Assembly (NCBI RefSeq): GCF_963921235.1
Contig: NC_086108.1
Coordinates: forward strand, 31,188,001-31,252,000
Direction: 5' to 3'
Origin: Mobula hypostoma
Lineage: Eukaryota
Length of the DNA stretch: 64,000 nt
Shown here: positions 1 to 12,200 of the stretch, piece by piece
Numbering within the stretch: the stretch's first letter is position 1
Layout of the letters: each line of letters begins with the position of its first letter
Notes under the pieces: model-generated
Told to the model about the DNA's origin: nothing
Database searches by the model: none
Seen by the model: only the letters and a program-made list of their open reading frames with translations
Program-made: the position numbers and the translations under genes

Positions 1-3000
1 TCACCTCCCAGTTTCTCACGTTATCCCCCGTCCCTCTCACCTTGTCTCATATATCACCTCCAAGTTTCTCACGTTATCCCCGGTCCCCCTCACCTGCTCT
101 CATATATCACCTCCCAGTTTCTCACCTTATTCCCGCATCCCCCTCACCTCGTCTCATATATCACCTCCCAGTGTCTCACGTTATCCCCCGTCCCCCTCAC
201 CTGGTCTCATATATCACCTCCCATTTTCTCACGTTATCTCCCATCCCCCTCACCTGATCTCATATATCACCTCCCAGTTTCTCACCTTATCCCCCGTCCC
301 CCTCACCTGTTCTCATATATCACCTCCCAGTTTCTCACGTTATCCCCCGTCCCTCTCACCTTGTCTCATATATCACCTCCAAGTTTCTCACGTTATCCCC
401 GGTCCCCCTCACCTGCTCTCATATATCACCTCCCAGTTTCTCACCTTATTCCCCGTCCCCCTCACCTGGTCTCATATATCACCTCCCATTTTCTCACGTT
501 ATCTCCCATCCCCCTCACCTGGTCTCATATATCACCTCCCCGTTTCTCAAGTTATCCCCCATTCCCCTCGCCCGGTCTCATATATCACCTCCCAGTTTCT
601 CACATTTCCCCCATCCCCTTCACCTCGTCTCATATATCACTTCCCAGTTTCTCACGTTATCCCCCAACCCCCTCACCTGGTCAAATATATCACCTCCCAA
701 TTTCTCACCTTATTCCCCCATCCCCCTCTCCTGGTCTCATATATCACCTCCCAGTTTCTCACGTTATCCACCATCCCCCTCACCTGGTCTCATATATCAC
801 CTCCCAGTTTCTCACCTTATCCCCCATCCCCCTCACCTGGTCTCATATATCACTTCCGGTTTCTCACCTTATCCCCCATCTCCGTCACGTGGTCTCATAT
901 ATAACCTCCCAGTTTCTCACGTTATCCCCCATCCCCCTCACCCGGTCTCATAAATCACCTCCCGGTTTCTCACCTTATCCCCCATCCCCGTCACGTGGTC
1001 TCATATATCACCTCCCAGTTTCTCACGTTATCCCCCATCCCCCTCACCTGGTCTCATATATCACCTCCCAGTTTCTCAGGTTATCCCGCATCTCCCTCAC
1101 CTGGTCTCATATATCACTTCCTAGTTTCTCACGTTATCCACCAACCCCCTCACCTCATCTCATATATCACCTCCCAGTTTCTCACTTTATCCCCCATCCC
1201 CCTCACCTGTTCTCATATATCACCACCCAGTTTCTCACGTTATCCCGCATCCCCCTCACCTGGTCTTATATATCACATCCCAGTTTCTCACCTTATCCCC
1301 CATCCCCCTCACCTCGTCTCATATATCACTTCCCAGTTTCTCACGTTATCCCCCATCCCCCTCACCTGGTCTCATATATCACCTCCCAGTTTCTCATGTT
1401 ATCGCCCATCCCCATCACCTCATCTCATATATCACCTCCCCGTTTCTCACGTTATCCCCCATCCACCTCACCTGGTCTCATATATCACCTCCCGGTTTCT
1501 CACCTTATCCCCCATCCCCCTCACCTGCTCTCATACATCACCTCCCAGTTTCTCACGTTATACCCCATCCCCCTCACCTGGTCTCATATATCACCTCCCA
1601 GTTTCTCACGTTATCCCCCATCCCCCTCACTCGGTCTCATGTATCACCTCCCAGTTTCTCACGTTATCCCCCATCCCCCTCACTCGGTCTCATATATCAC
1701 CTACCAGTTTCTCACCTTATCCCCCAACCCCCTCACCTCATCTCATATATCACTTCACAGTTTCTCATCTTATCCCCCATACCCCTCACGCGGTCTCATA
1801 TATCACCTCCCAGTTTCTCACGTAATCCCCCATCCCCATCACCTGGTCTCATATATCACCTACCAGTTTCTCACCTTATCCCCCATCCCCCTCACCTCAT
1901 CTCATATATCACTTCACAGTTTCTCATCTTATCCCCCATCCCCCTCACCCGGTCTCATATATCACCTCCCAGTTTCTCACCTTATCCCCCATCCCCCTCA
2001 CCTGGTCTCATATATCACCTCCCAGTTTCGCACGTTATCCCCCATCCCCCTCACTCGGTCTCATATATCACCTACCAGTTTCTCATCTTATCCCCCATAC
2101 CCCTCACCCGGTCTCATATATCACCTCCCAATTTCTCACGTTATCCCCCATCCCCATCACCTGGTCTCAATTATCACTTCGCAGTTTCTCACCTTATCCC
2201 CCATCCCACTGACCTCGTTTCATATATCACTTCACAGTTTCTCACCTTATCCCTCGTCACCCTAACCCGGTCTCATACATCACCTCCCAGTTTCTCACGT
2301 TATCCACCGACCCCCTCACCTGGTCTCATATATCACCTCCCAGTTTCTAACATTATCCCCCATCCCCCTCACCTGTTCTCATATATCACCTCCCAGTTTC
2401 TCACCTTATCCCCCGTCCCCCTCACCTGTTCTCATATATCACCTCCCAGTTTCTCACGTTATCCCCCGTCCCTCTCACCTTGTCTCATATATCACCTCCA
2501 AGTTTCTCACGTTATCCCCGGTCCCCCTCACCTGGTCTCATATATCACCTCCCAGTGTCTCACGTTATCCCCCGTCCCCCTCACCTGGTCTCATATATCA
2601 CCTCCCATTTTCTCACGTTATCTCCCAGCCCCCTCACCTGGTCTCATATATCACCTCCCCGTTTCTCAAGTTATCCCCCATTCCCCTCGCCCGGTCTCAT
2701 ATATCACCTCCCAGTTTCTCACCTTTCCCCCATACCCTTCACCTCGTCTCATATATCATCTCCCAGTTTCTCACCTTATTCCCGCATCCCCCTCACCTCG
2801 TCTCATATATCACCTCCCAGTGTCTCACGTTATCCCCCGTCCCCCTCACCTGGTCTCATATATCACCTCCCATTTTCTCACGTTATCTCCCAGCCCCCTC
2901 ACCTGGTCTCATATATCACCTCCCCGTTTCTCAAGTTATCCCCCATTCCCCTCGCCCGGTCTCATATATCACCTCCCAGTTTCTCACCTTTCCCCCATCC

Positions 3001-6000
3001 CCTTCACCTCGTCTCATATATCACTTCCCAGTTTCTCACGTTATCCCCCAACCCCCTCACCTGGTCAAATATATCACCTCCCAATTTCTCACCTTATTCC
3101 CCCATCCCCCTCACCTGGTCTCATATATCACCTCCCAGTTTCTCACATTATCCCCCATCCCCCTCACCTGGTCTCATATATCACCTCCCAGTTTCTCACC
3201 TTATCCCCCATCCCCCTCACCTGGTCTCATATATGACCTCCCGGTTTCTCACCTTATCCCCCATCTCCGTCACGTGGTCTCATATATCACCTCCCAGTTT
3301 CTCACGTTATCCCCAATACCCCTAACCCGGTCTCATAAATCACCTCCCGGTTTCTCACCTTATCCCCCATCCCCGTCACGTGGTCTCATATATAACCTCC
3401 CAGTTTCTCACGTTATCCCCCGTCCCCCTCACCTGGTCTCATATATCACCTCCCAGTTTCTCACTTTATCCCCCATCCCCCTCACCTGTTCTCATATATC
3501 ACCACCCAGTTTCTCACGTTATCCCGCATCCCCCTCACATGGTCTTATATATCACATCCCAGTTTCTCACCTTATCCCCCATCCCCCTCACCTCGTCTCA
3601 TATATCACTTCCCAGTTTCTCACGTTATCCCCCATCCCCCTCACCTGGTCTCATATATCACCTCCCATTTTCTCACGTTATCTCCCATGCCCCTCACCTG
3701 GTCTCATATATCACCTCCCCGTTTCTCACGTTATCCCCCATCCCCTTCGCCCGGTCTCATATATCACCTCCCAGTTTCTCAAGTTATCCCCCATCCCCCT
3801 CACTAGGTCTCATGTATCACCTCCCAGTTTCTCACGTTATCCCCCATCCCCCTCACTCGGTCTCATATATCACCTACCAGTTTCTCACCTTATCCCCCAA
3901 CCCCCTCACATCATCTCAAATATCACTTCACAGTTTCTCATCTTATCCCCCATACCCCTCACCCGGTCTCATATATCACCTCCCAGTTTCTCTCGTAATC
4001 CCCCATCCCCATCACCTGGTCTCATATATAACCTACCAGTTTCTCACCTTATCCCCCATCCCCCTCACCTCATCTCATATATCACTTCACAGTTTCTCAT
4101 CTTATCCCCCATCCCTCTCGCCCGGTCTCATATATCACCTCCCAGTTTCTCACCTTATCCCCCATCCACCTCACCTGGTCTCATATATCACCTCCCGGAT
4201 TCTCACCTTATCCCCCATCCCCCTCACCTGCTCTCATACATCACCTCCCAGTTTCTCACGTTTTCCCCCGTCCCCCTCACCTGGTCTCATATATCACCTC
4301 CCAGTTTCTCACGTTATCCCCCATCCCCCTCACTCGGTCTCATATATCACCTTCCAGTTTCTCACCTTATCCCCCATCCCCCTCACCTCATCTCATATAT
4401 CACTTCACAGTTTCTCATCTTATCCCCCATACCCCTCACCCGGTCTCATATATCACCTCCCAGTTTCTCACGTTATACCCCATCCCCCTCACCTGGTCTC
4501 ATATATCACCTCCCAGTTTCTCACGTTATCACCCATCCCCCTCACTCGGTCTCATGTATCACCTCCCAGTTTCTCACGTTATCCCCCATCCCCCTCACTC
4601 GGTCTCATATATCACCTACCAGTTTCTCACCTTATCCCCCAACCCCCTCACCTCATCTCATATATCACTTCACAGTTTCTCATCTTATCCCCCATACCCC
4701 TCACGCGGTCTCATATATCACCTCCCAGTTTCTCACGTAATCCCCCATCCCCATCACCTAGTCTCATATATCACCTACCAGTTTCTCACCTTATCCCCCA
4801 TCCCCCTCACCTCATCTCATATATCACTTCACAGTTTCTCATCTTATCCCCCATCCCCCTCGCCCGGTCTCATATATCACCTCCCAGTTTCTCACTTTAT
4901 CCCCCATCCCCCTCACCTGGTCTCATATATCACCTCCCAGTTTCGCACGTTATCCCCCATCCCCCTCACTCGGTCTCATATATCACCTACCAGTTTCTCA
5001 TCTTATCCCCCATACCCCTCACCCGGTCTCATATATCACCTCCCAATTTCTCACGTTATCCCCCATCCCCATCACCTGGTCTCAATTATCACTTCACAGT
5101 TTCTCACCTTATCCCCCATCCCACTGACCTCGTTTCATATATCACTTCACAGTTTCTCACCTTATCCCTCATCCCCCTAACCCGGTCTCATACATCACCT
5201 CCCAGTTTCTCACGTTATCCACCGTCCCCCTCACCTGGTCTCATATATCACCTCCCAGTTTCTAACATTATCCCCCATCCCCCTCACCTGTTCTCATATA
5301 TCACCTCCCAGTTTCTCACCTTATCCCCCGTCCCCCTCACCTGTTCTCATATATCACCTCCCAGTTTCTCACGTTATCCCCCGTCCCTCTCACCTTGTCT
5401 CATATATCACCTCCAAGTTTCTCACGTTATCCCCGGTCCCCCTCACCTGGTCTCATATATCACCTCCCAGTGTCTCACGTTATCCCCCGTCCCCCTCACC
5501 TGGTCTCATATATCACCTCCCATTTTCTCACGTTATCTCCCAGCCCCCTCACCTGGTCTCATATATCACCTCCCCGTTTCTCAAGTTATCCCCCATTCCC
5601 CTCGCCCGGTCTCATATATCACCTCCCAGTTTCTCACCTTTCCCCCATCCCCTTCACCTCGTCTCATATATCACCTCCCAGTTTCTCACCTTATTCCCGC
5701 ATCCCCCTCACCTCGTCTCATATATCACCTCCCAGTGTCTCACGTTATCCCCCGTCCCCCTCACCTGGTCTCATATATCACCTCCCATTTTCTCACGTTA
5801 TCTCCCAGCCCCCTCACCTGGTCTCATATATCACCTCCCCGTTTCTCAAGTTATCCCCCATTCCCCTCGCCCGGTCTCATATATCACCTCCCAGTTTCTC
5901 ACCTTTCCCCCATCCCCTTCACCTCGTCTCATATATCACTTCCCAGTTTCTCACGTTATCCCCCAACCCCCTCACCTGATCAAATATATCACCTCCCAAT

Positions 6001-9000
6001 TTCTCACCTTATTCCCCCATCCCCCTCACCTGGTCTCATATATCACCTCCCAGTTTCTCACGTTATCCACCATCCCCCTCACCTGGTCTCATATATCACC
6101 TCCCAGTTTCTCACCTTATCCCCCATCCCCCTCACCTGGTCTCATATATGACCTCCCGGTTTCTCACCTTTTCCCCCATCTCCGTCACGTGGTCTCATAT
6201 ATCACCTCCCAGTTTCTCACGTTATCCCCCATACCCCTAACCCGGTCTCATAAATCACCTCCCGGTTTCTCACCTTATCCCCCATCCCCGTCACGTGGTC
6301 TCATATATAACCTCCCAGTTTCTCACGTTATCCCCCGTCCCCCTCACCTGGTCTCATATATCACCTCCCAGCTTCTCACGTTATCCCGCATCTCCCTCAC
6401 CTGGTCTCATATATCACTTCCTAGTTTCTCACGTTATCCACCAACCCCCTCACCTCATCTCATATATCACCTCCCAGTTTCTCACTTTATCCCCCATCCC
6501 CCTCACCTGTTGTCATATATCACCACCCAGTTTCTCACGTTATCCCGCATCCCCCTCACCTGGTCTTATATATCACATCCCAGTTTCTCACCTTATCCCC
6601 CATCCCCCTCACCTCGTCTCATATATCACTTCCCAGTTTCTCACGTTATCCCCCATCCCCCTCACCTGGTCTCATATATCACCTCCCAGTTTCTCATGTT
6701 ATCGCCCATCCCCATCACCTTATCTCATATATCATCTCCCAATTTCTCACGTTATCCCCCATCCCCCTCACCTGGTCGCATATATCACCTCCCATTTTCT
6801 CACGTTATCTCCCATGCCCCTCACCTGGTCTCATATATCACCTCCCCGTTTCTCACGTTATCCCCCATCCCCTTCGCCCGGTCTCATATATCACCTCCCA
6901 GTTTCTCACGTTATCCCCCATCCCCCTCACTCGGTCTCATGTATCACCTCCCAGTTTCTCACGTTATCCCCCATCCCCCTCACTCGGTCTCATATATCAC
7001 CTACCAGTTTCTCACCTTATCCCCCAACCCCCTCACCTCATCTCAAATATCACTTCACAGTTTCTCATCTTATCCCCCATACCCCTCACCCGGTCTCATA
7101 TATCACCTCCCAGTTTCTCTCGTAATCCCCCATCCCCATCACCTGGTCTCATATATCACCTACCAGTTTCTCACCTTATCCCCCATCCCCCTCACCTCAT
7201 CTCATATATCACTTCACAGTTTCTCATCTTATCCCCCATCCCCCTCGCCCGGTCTCATATATCACCTCCCAGTTTCTCACCTTATCCCCCATCCACCTCA
7301 CCTGGTCTCATATATCACCTCCCGGATTCTCACCTTATCCCCCATCCCCCTCACCTGCTCTCATACATCACCTCCCAGTTTCTCACCTTTTCCCCCGTCC
7401 CCCTCACCTGGTCTCATATATCACCTCCCAGTTTCTCACGTTATCCCCCGTCCCCCTCACCTGGTCTCATATATCACCTCCCGGTTTGTCACCTTATCTC
7501 CCATCCCCATCACCCCGTCTCATATATCACTTCAGAGTTTCTCACCTTATCCCCCATCCCCCTCACCCGGTCTCTAATATCACCTCCCAGTTTCTCACCT
7601 TATCCTCCATCCCCCTCACCTCGTCTCATAAAACACTTCCCAGTTTCTCACGTTATCCCCCATCCCCGTCACCCGGTCTCATATATCACCTCCAAGTTTC
7701 TCACCTTATCCCCCATCGCCCTCACCTGGTCTCATGTATCACCTCCCTGTTTCTCACCTTATCACCAATCCCCCTCACCTCGTCTCATATATCACCACCC
7801 AGTTTCTCACGTAATCCCTCGTCCCGCTCACCTGGTCTAATTTATCACCTCCCAGTTCCTCACGTTATCCCCCATCCCCCTCACCTGATCTCATATATAT
7901 CCTCCCGGTTTCTCACCTTATCCCCCATCCCCCTCACCTCATCTCAGATAGCACTTCACAGTTTCTCACCTTATCCAACATCCCCCTCACCCGGTCTCAT
8001 ATATCACCTCCCAGTTTCGCACCTTATCCCGCATCCCCCTCACCTCGTCTCATCTATCACTTACCAGTTGCTCACGTTATCCCCCATCCCACTCACCTGG
8101 TCTCATATATCACCTCCCCTTTACTCACGTTATCCCCCATCCCCCTCACCTGGTCTCATAGATCACCTCCCAGTTTGTCACGTTATCCCCATCCCCTTCA
8201 CCTCGTCTCATATATCACTTCCCAGTTTCTCACGTTATCCACCATCCCCCTCACCTGGTCTCATATATCACCTCCCAGTTTCTCACATTATCCCCCATCC
8301 CCCTCACCTCATCTCATATATCACCTCCCAGTTTCTCACGTTATCCCCCATTGCCCTCACCTGGTCTCATTTATCACCTCCAAGTTTCTCACCTTACCCC
8401 CATCCCCATCACTCGTCTCATATATCACTTCCCAGTTTCACACGTTATCCCCCATCCCCCTCACCTGGTCTCATATATCACCTCCCAGTTTCTCATTTTA
8501 TCCCCCATCCCCCTCACCTCATCTCATATATCACCTCCCGGTTTCTCACGTTATCCCCCATCCCCCTCACCTCATCTCATATATCACCTCCCAGTTTCTC
8601 AACTTATCCCCCATCCCCCTCACCTGGTCTCATATATCACCTCCCGGATTCTCACCTTATCCCCCATTCCCCTCACCCGGTCTCATAAATCACCTCCCAG
8701 TTTCTCACCTTATCCCCCGTCCCGCTCACCTGGTCTCATAGATCACCTCCCAGTTTCTCACGTTATCCCCTATCCGCCTCACCCGGTCTCATATATCACC
8801 TCCCAGTTTCTCACGTTATCCCCCATTGCCCTCACCTGGTCTCATTTATCACCTCCCAGTTTCTCACCTTACCCCCATCCCCCTCACTCGTCTCATATAT
8901 CACTTCCCAGTTTCACACGTTATCCCCCATCCCCCTCACCAGGTCTCATATATCACCTCCCAGTTTCTAATTTTATCCCCCATCCCCCTCACCTCATCTC

Positions 9001-10432
9001 ATATATCACCTCCCGGTTTCTCACGTTATCCCCCATCCCCCTCACCTCATCTCATATATCACCTCCCAGTTTCTCAACTTATCCCCCATCCCCCTCACCT
9101 GGTCTCATATATCACCTCCCGGATTCTCACCTTATCCCCCATTCCCCTCACCCGGTCTCATAAATCACCTCCCAGTTTCTCACCTTATCCCCCATCCCCC
9201 TCACCTCGTCTCATATATCACTTCCCAGTTTCTCACGTTATCCCCCATCCCCGTCACCCCGTCTCATATATCACCTCCAAGTTTTTCACCTTATCCCCCA
9301 TCCCCCTCACCTGGTCTCATGTATCACCTCCCAGTTTCTCACCTTATCCCCCATCCCCCTCACCTCGTCTCATATATCACCTCCCAGTTTCTCACGTTAT
9401 CCCCCGTCCCGCTCACCTGGTCTCATAGATCACCTCCCAGTTTCTCACGTTATCCCCTATCCGCCTCACCCGGTCTCATATATCACCTCCCAGTTTCTCA
9501 CCTTATCCCCATCCCCTTCACCTCGTCTCATATATCACTTCCCAGTTTCTCACGTTATCCACCCTCCCCCTCACCTGGTCTCATATATCACCTCCCAGTT
9601 TCTCACGTTATCCCCCATCTCCCTCACCTCATCTCATATATCACCTCCCATTTTATCACGTTATCCCACATCCCACACTCCTGGTCTCATATATCACCTC
9701 CCAGTTTCTCACGTTATCCCCCATCCCTCTCACCTGGTCTCATATATCACTTCCTAGTTTCTCACGTTATCCCCCATCCCCCTCACCTCATCTCATATAT
9801 CACCTCCCAGTTTCTCACGTTATCCCCCATCCCCCTCACCTGGTCTCATAGATCACCTCCCAGTTTCTCACGTTATCCCCCATCCCCCTCACATGTTCTC
9901 ATATATCACCTCCCAGTTTTTCACGTTATCCCCCATCCCCGTCACCTGGTCTCATATATCACTTCCAAGTTTCTCACGTTATCTCCCATCGCCGTCACCT
10001 CATCTCATATATCACCTCCCAGTTTCTCACGCTATCCCCCATCCTCCTCACCTGGTCTCATTTATCACCTCCCAGTTTCTCACGTTACCCGCACCCCCTC
10101 ACCTGGTCTCAAATATCACTTCCCTGTTTCTCACGTTATCCCCCATCCCCCTCACCTGGTCTCATTTATCACCTCCCCGTTTCTGATTTTATCCCCCATC
10201 CCCCTCACCTCATCTCATATATCACCTCCCAGTTTCTCCCGTTATCCCCCATCCCCCTCACCTGGTCTCATATATCACTTCCCGGTTTCTCACCTTATCC
10301 CCCATCCCCCTCACCCGGTCTCATAAATCACTTCCCAGTTTCTCACGTTATCCCCCGTCCCGCTCACCTGGTCTCATATATCACCTCCCAGTTCCTCACG
10401 TTATCCCCCATCCCCCTCACCTGGTCTCATAT
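1..10432. repeat. 53-bp tandem satellite, left block (runs off the window's left edge)
   Basis: Consensus monomer read directly: TCACCTCCCAGTTTCTCACGTTATCCCCCATCCCCCTCACCTGGTCTCATATA (53 nt), repeated head-to-tail with scattered substitutions and occasional 1-nt indels. Confidence 0.98.
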
Positions 10433-11097
10433 TCGAAGAAGGAGTCTGAGAGTCTGAGTGGGAGTGCCGAGAAAGAGATTTTTGAAATTTTCGTTATTTT
10501 TTTTCTCCAACGGCTTTCTGAGAGGCGGGACTGCGCAGGCGTGTGACGTCGGGCAGTGCAGCGCGGCAGATTTAAAAGGGCAGACATCCTGCTTCGGATT
10601 TGATTCGAAGAAGGAGTCTGAGAGTCTGAGTGGGAGTGCCGAGAAAGAGATTTTTGAAATTTTCGTTATTTTTTTTTCTCCAACGGCTTTCTGAGAGGCG
10701 GGACTGCGCAGGCGTGTGACGTCGGGCAGTGCAGCGCGGCAGATTTAAAAGGGCAGACATCCTGCTTCGGATTTGATTCGAAGAAGGAGTCTGAGAGTCT
10801 GAGTGGGAGTGCCGAGAAAGAGATTTTTGAAATTTTCGTTATTTTTTTTCTCCAACGGCTTTCTGAGAGGCGGGACTGCGCAGGCGTGTGACGTCGGGCA
10901 GTGCAGCGCGGCAGATTTAAAAGGGCAGACATCCTGCTTCGGATTTGATTCGAAGAAGGAGTCTGAGAGTCTGAGTGGGAGTGCCGAGAAAGAGATTTTT
11001 GAAATTTTCGTTATTTTTTTTTCTCCAACGGCTTTCTGAGAGGCGGGACTGCGCAGGCGTGTGACGTCGGGCAGTGCAGCGCGGCAGATTTAAAAGG
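10431..11097 (+). promoter_or_regulatory. Four tandem ~172-bp CpG-rich monomers forming the LINE 5' UTR, putative promoter array
   Basis: ATTCGAAGAAGG starts at 10431, 10603, 10776 and 10948. Copies differ only in a T-run (8,9,8,9). Each has GAGGCGGGAC (GC-box-like), TGCGCAGGCG (NRF1-like), TGACGTC (CRE-like) and TTTAAAAG (TATA-like). The repeat is seen directly; promoter function is inferred. Confidence 0.8.
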
Positions 11098-11259
11098 AAC
11101 AAAGCCTCATAGAGCGGGCAGCGTAGTTTGCGGGCGGCGGAGTGAGCCGGGAGCAGAGTGAAGACTTAAGGGCTTCGGCTCAACGGGCTTAGGCGGAAGC
11201 GGGCGAGGCGAGGAAGGTTTGACATTCATTTTCTGTTGCTATTTGAGGAGAGGGGCATT

Positions 11260-12195
11260 ATGACTGTGAGGGCAGTTTGCTGTTCTCGGTGTCGGATGTG
11301 GGAGGCCCTGGAGTCTCCAAGCCTCCCGGACGTCTACATCTGCGCCAAGTGCATCGAGATGCAGCTCCTAAGGGACCGCGTTACGGAACTGGAGCTGCAG
11401 CTCGATGACCTTCGTCTGGTCAGGGAGAGCGAGGAGGTGATAGAGAGGAGTGGAAGGCAGGTGGTCACGCCGGGGCCACGGGAGGCAGACAAGTGGGTCA
11501 CGGTTAGGAGAGGGAAGGGGAAAAGGCAGGTGATGAGGAGTACCCCGGCGGCTGTGCCCCTTAACAACAGGTACTCCTGTTTGAGTACTGTTGGGGGGGA
11601 CAGCTTACCCGGGGGAAGCGACAGTGGCCCTGCCTCCGGCACAGAGTCTGGCCCTGTAGCTCAGAAGGGTAGGGCAAGGAAGAGGAGGGCAGTTGTGATA
11701 GGGGACTCGATAGTAAGGGGGTCAGATAGGCGATTCTGTGGACGCAGTCCAGAGACTCGGATGGTAGTTTGCCTCCCTGGTGCCAGGGTCCGGGATATTT
11801 CTGATCGTGTCCAAGATATCCTGAAGTGGGAGGGTGAAGAGCCAGAGGTCCTGGTACATATAGGTACCAATGACATAGGTAGGAAAAGGGATGAGGTCCT
11901 GAAAGAAGAATATAGGGAGCTAGGAAGGGAGTTGAGAAAAAGGACCGCAAAGGTAGTAATCTCGGGATTACTGCCTGTGCCACGCGACAGTGAGAGTAGG
12001 AATGCGATGAGGTGGAGGATAAATGCGTGGCTGAGGGATTGGAGCAGGGGGCAGGGATTCAAGTTTTTGGATCATTGGGACCTCTTTTGGCGTAGGTGTG
12101 ACCTGTACAAAAAGGACGGGTTACACTTAAATCCTAGGGGGACCAATATCCTGGCAGGGAGATTAGCGGGGGCTACTGAGGTGACTTTAAACTAG
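11260..12195 (+). CDS. CR1 ORF1p: N-terminal CxxC...CxxC zinc finger, leucine-zipper coiled coil, SGNH/GDSL esterase domain
   Basis: The ORF track opens at TTG 11236; the first ATG is at 11260. Motifs: CSRC...CAKC, LLRDRVTELELQLDDL, and SGNH blocks VIGDSIVRG, LPGARV, HIGTNDI, DGLHLN. Confidence 0.93.
   Translation: MTVRAVCCSRCRMWEALESPSLPDVYICAKCIEMQLLRDRVTELELQLDDLRLVRESEEVIERSGRQVVTPGPREADKWVTVRRGKGKRQVMRSTPAAVPLNNRYSCLSTVGGDSLPGGSDSGPASGTESGPVAQKGRARKRRAVVIGDSIVRGSDRRFCGRSPETRMVVCLPGARVRDISDRVQDILKWEGEEPEVLVHIGTNDIGRKRDEVLKEEYRELGRELRKRTAKVVISGLLPVPRDSESRNAMRWRINAWLRDWSRGQGFKFLDHWDLFWRRCDLYKKDGLHLNPRGTNILAGRLAGATEVTLN
12186..12195 (+). other. Putative -1 programmed ribosomal frameshift site (T_TTA_AAC followed by the ORF1 stop TAG)
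   Basis: ORF1 codons read ACT TTA AAC TAG. The -1 frame TTT AAA CTA GAA TGG TTG... is continuous with ORF2. The same arrangement occurs in the older CR1 at 42374-42383 (- strand). Confidence 0.65.
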
Positions 12196-12200
12196 AATGG

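Noticed and set aside
10458..11102. Repeated short ORFs on both strands in the 172-bp monomers
   Set aside because: They arise from the tandem repeat and change frame with the T8/T9 run; no recognisable domain.
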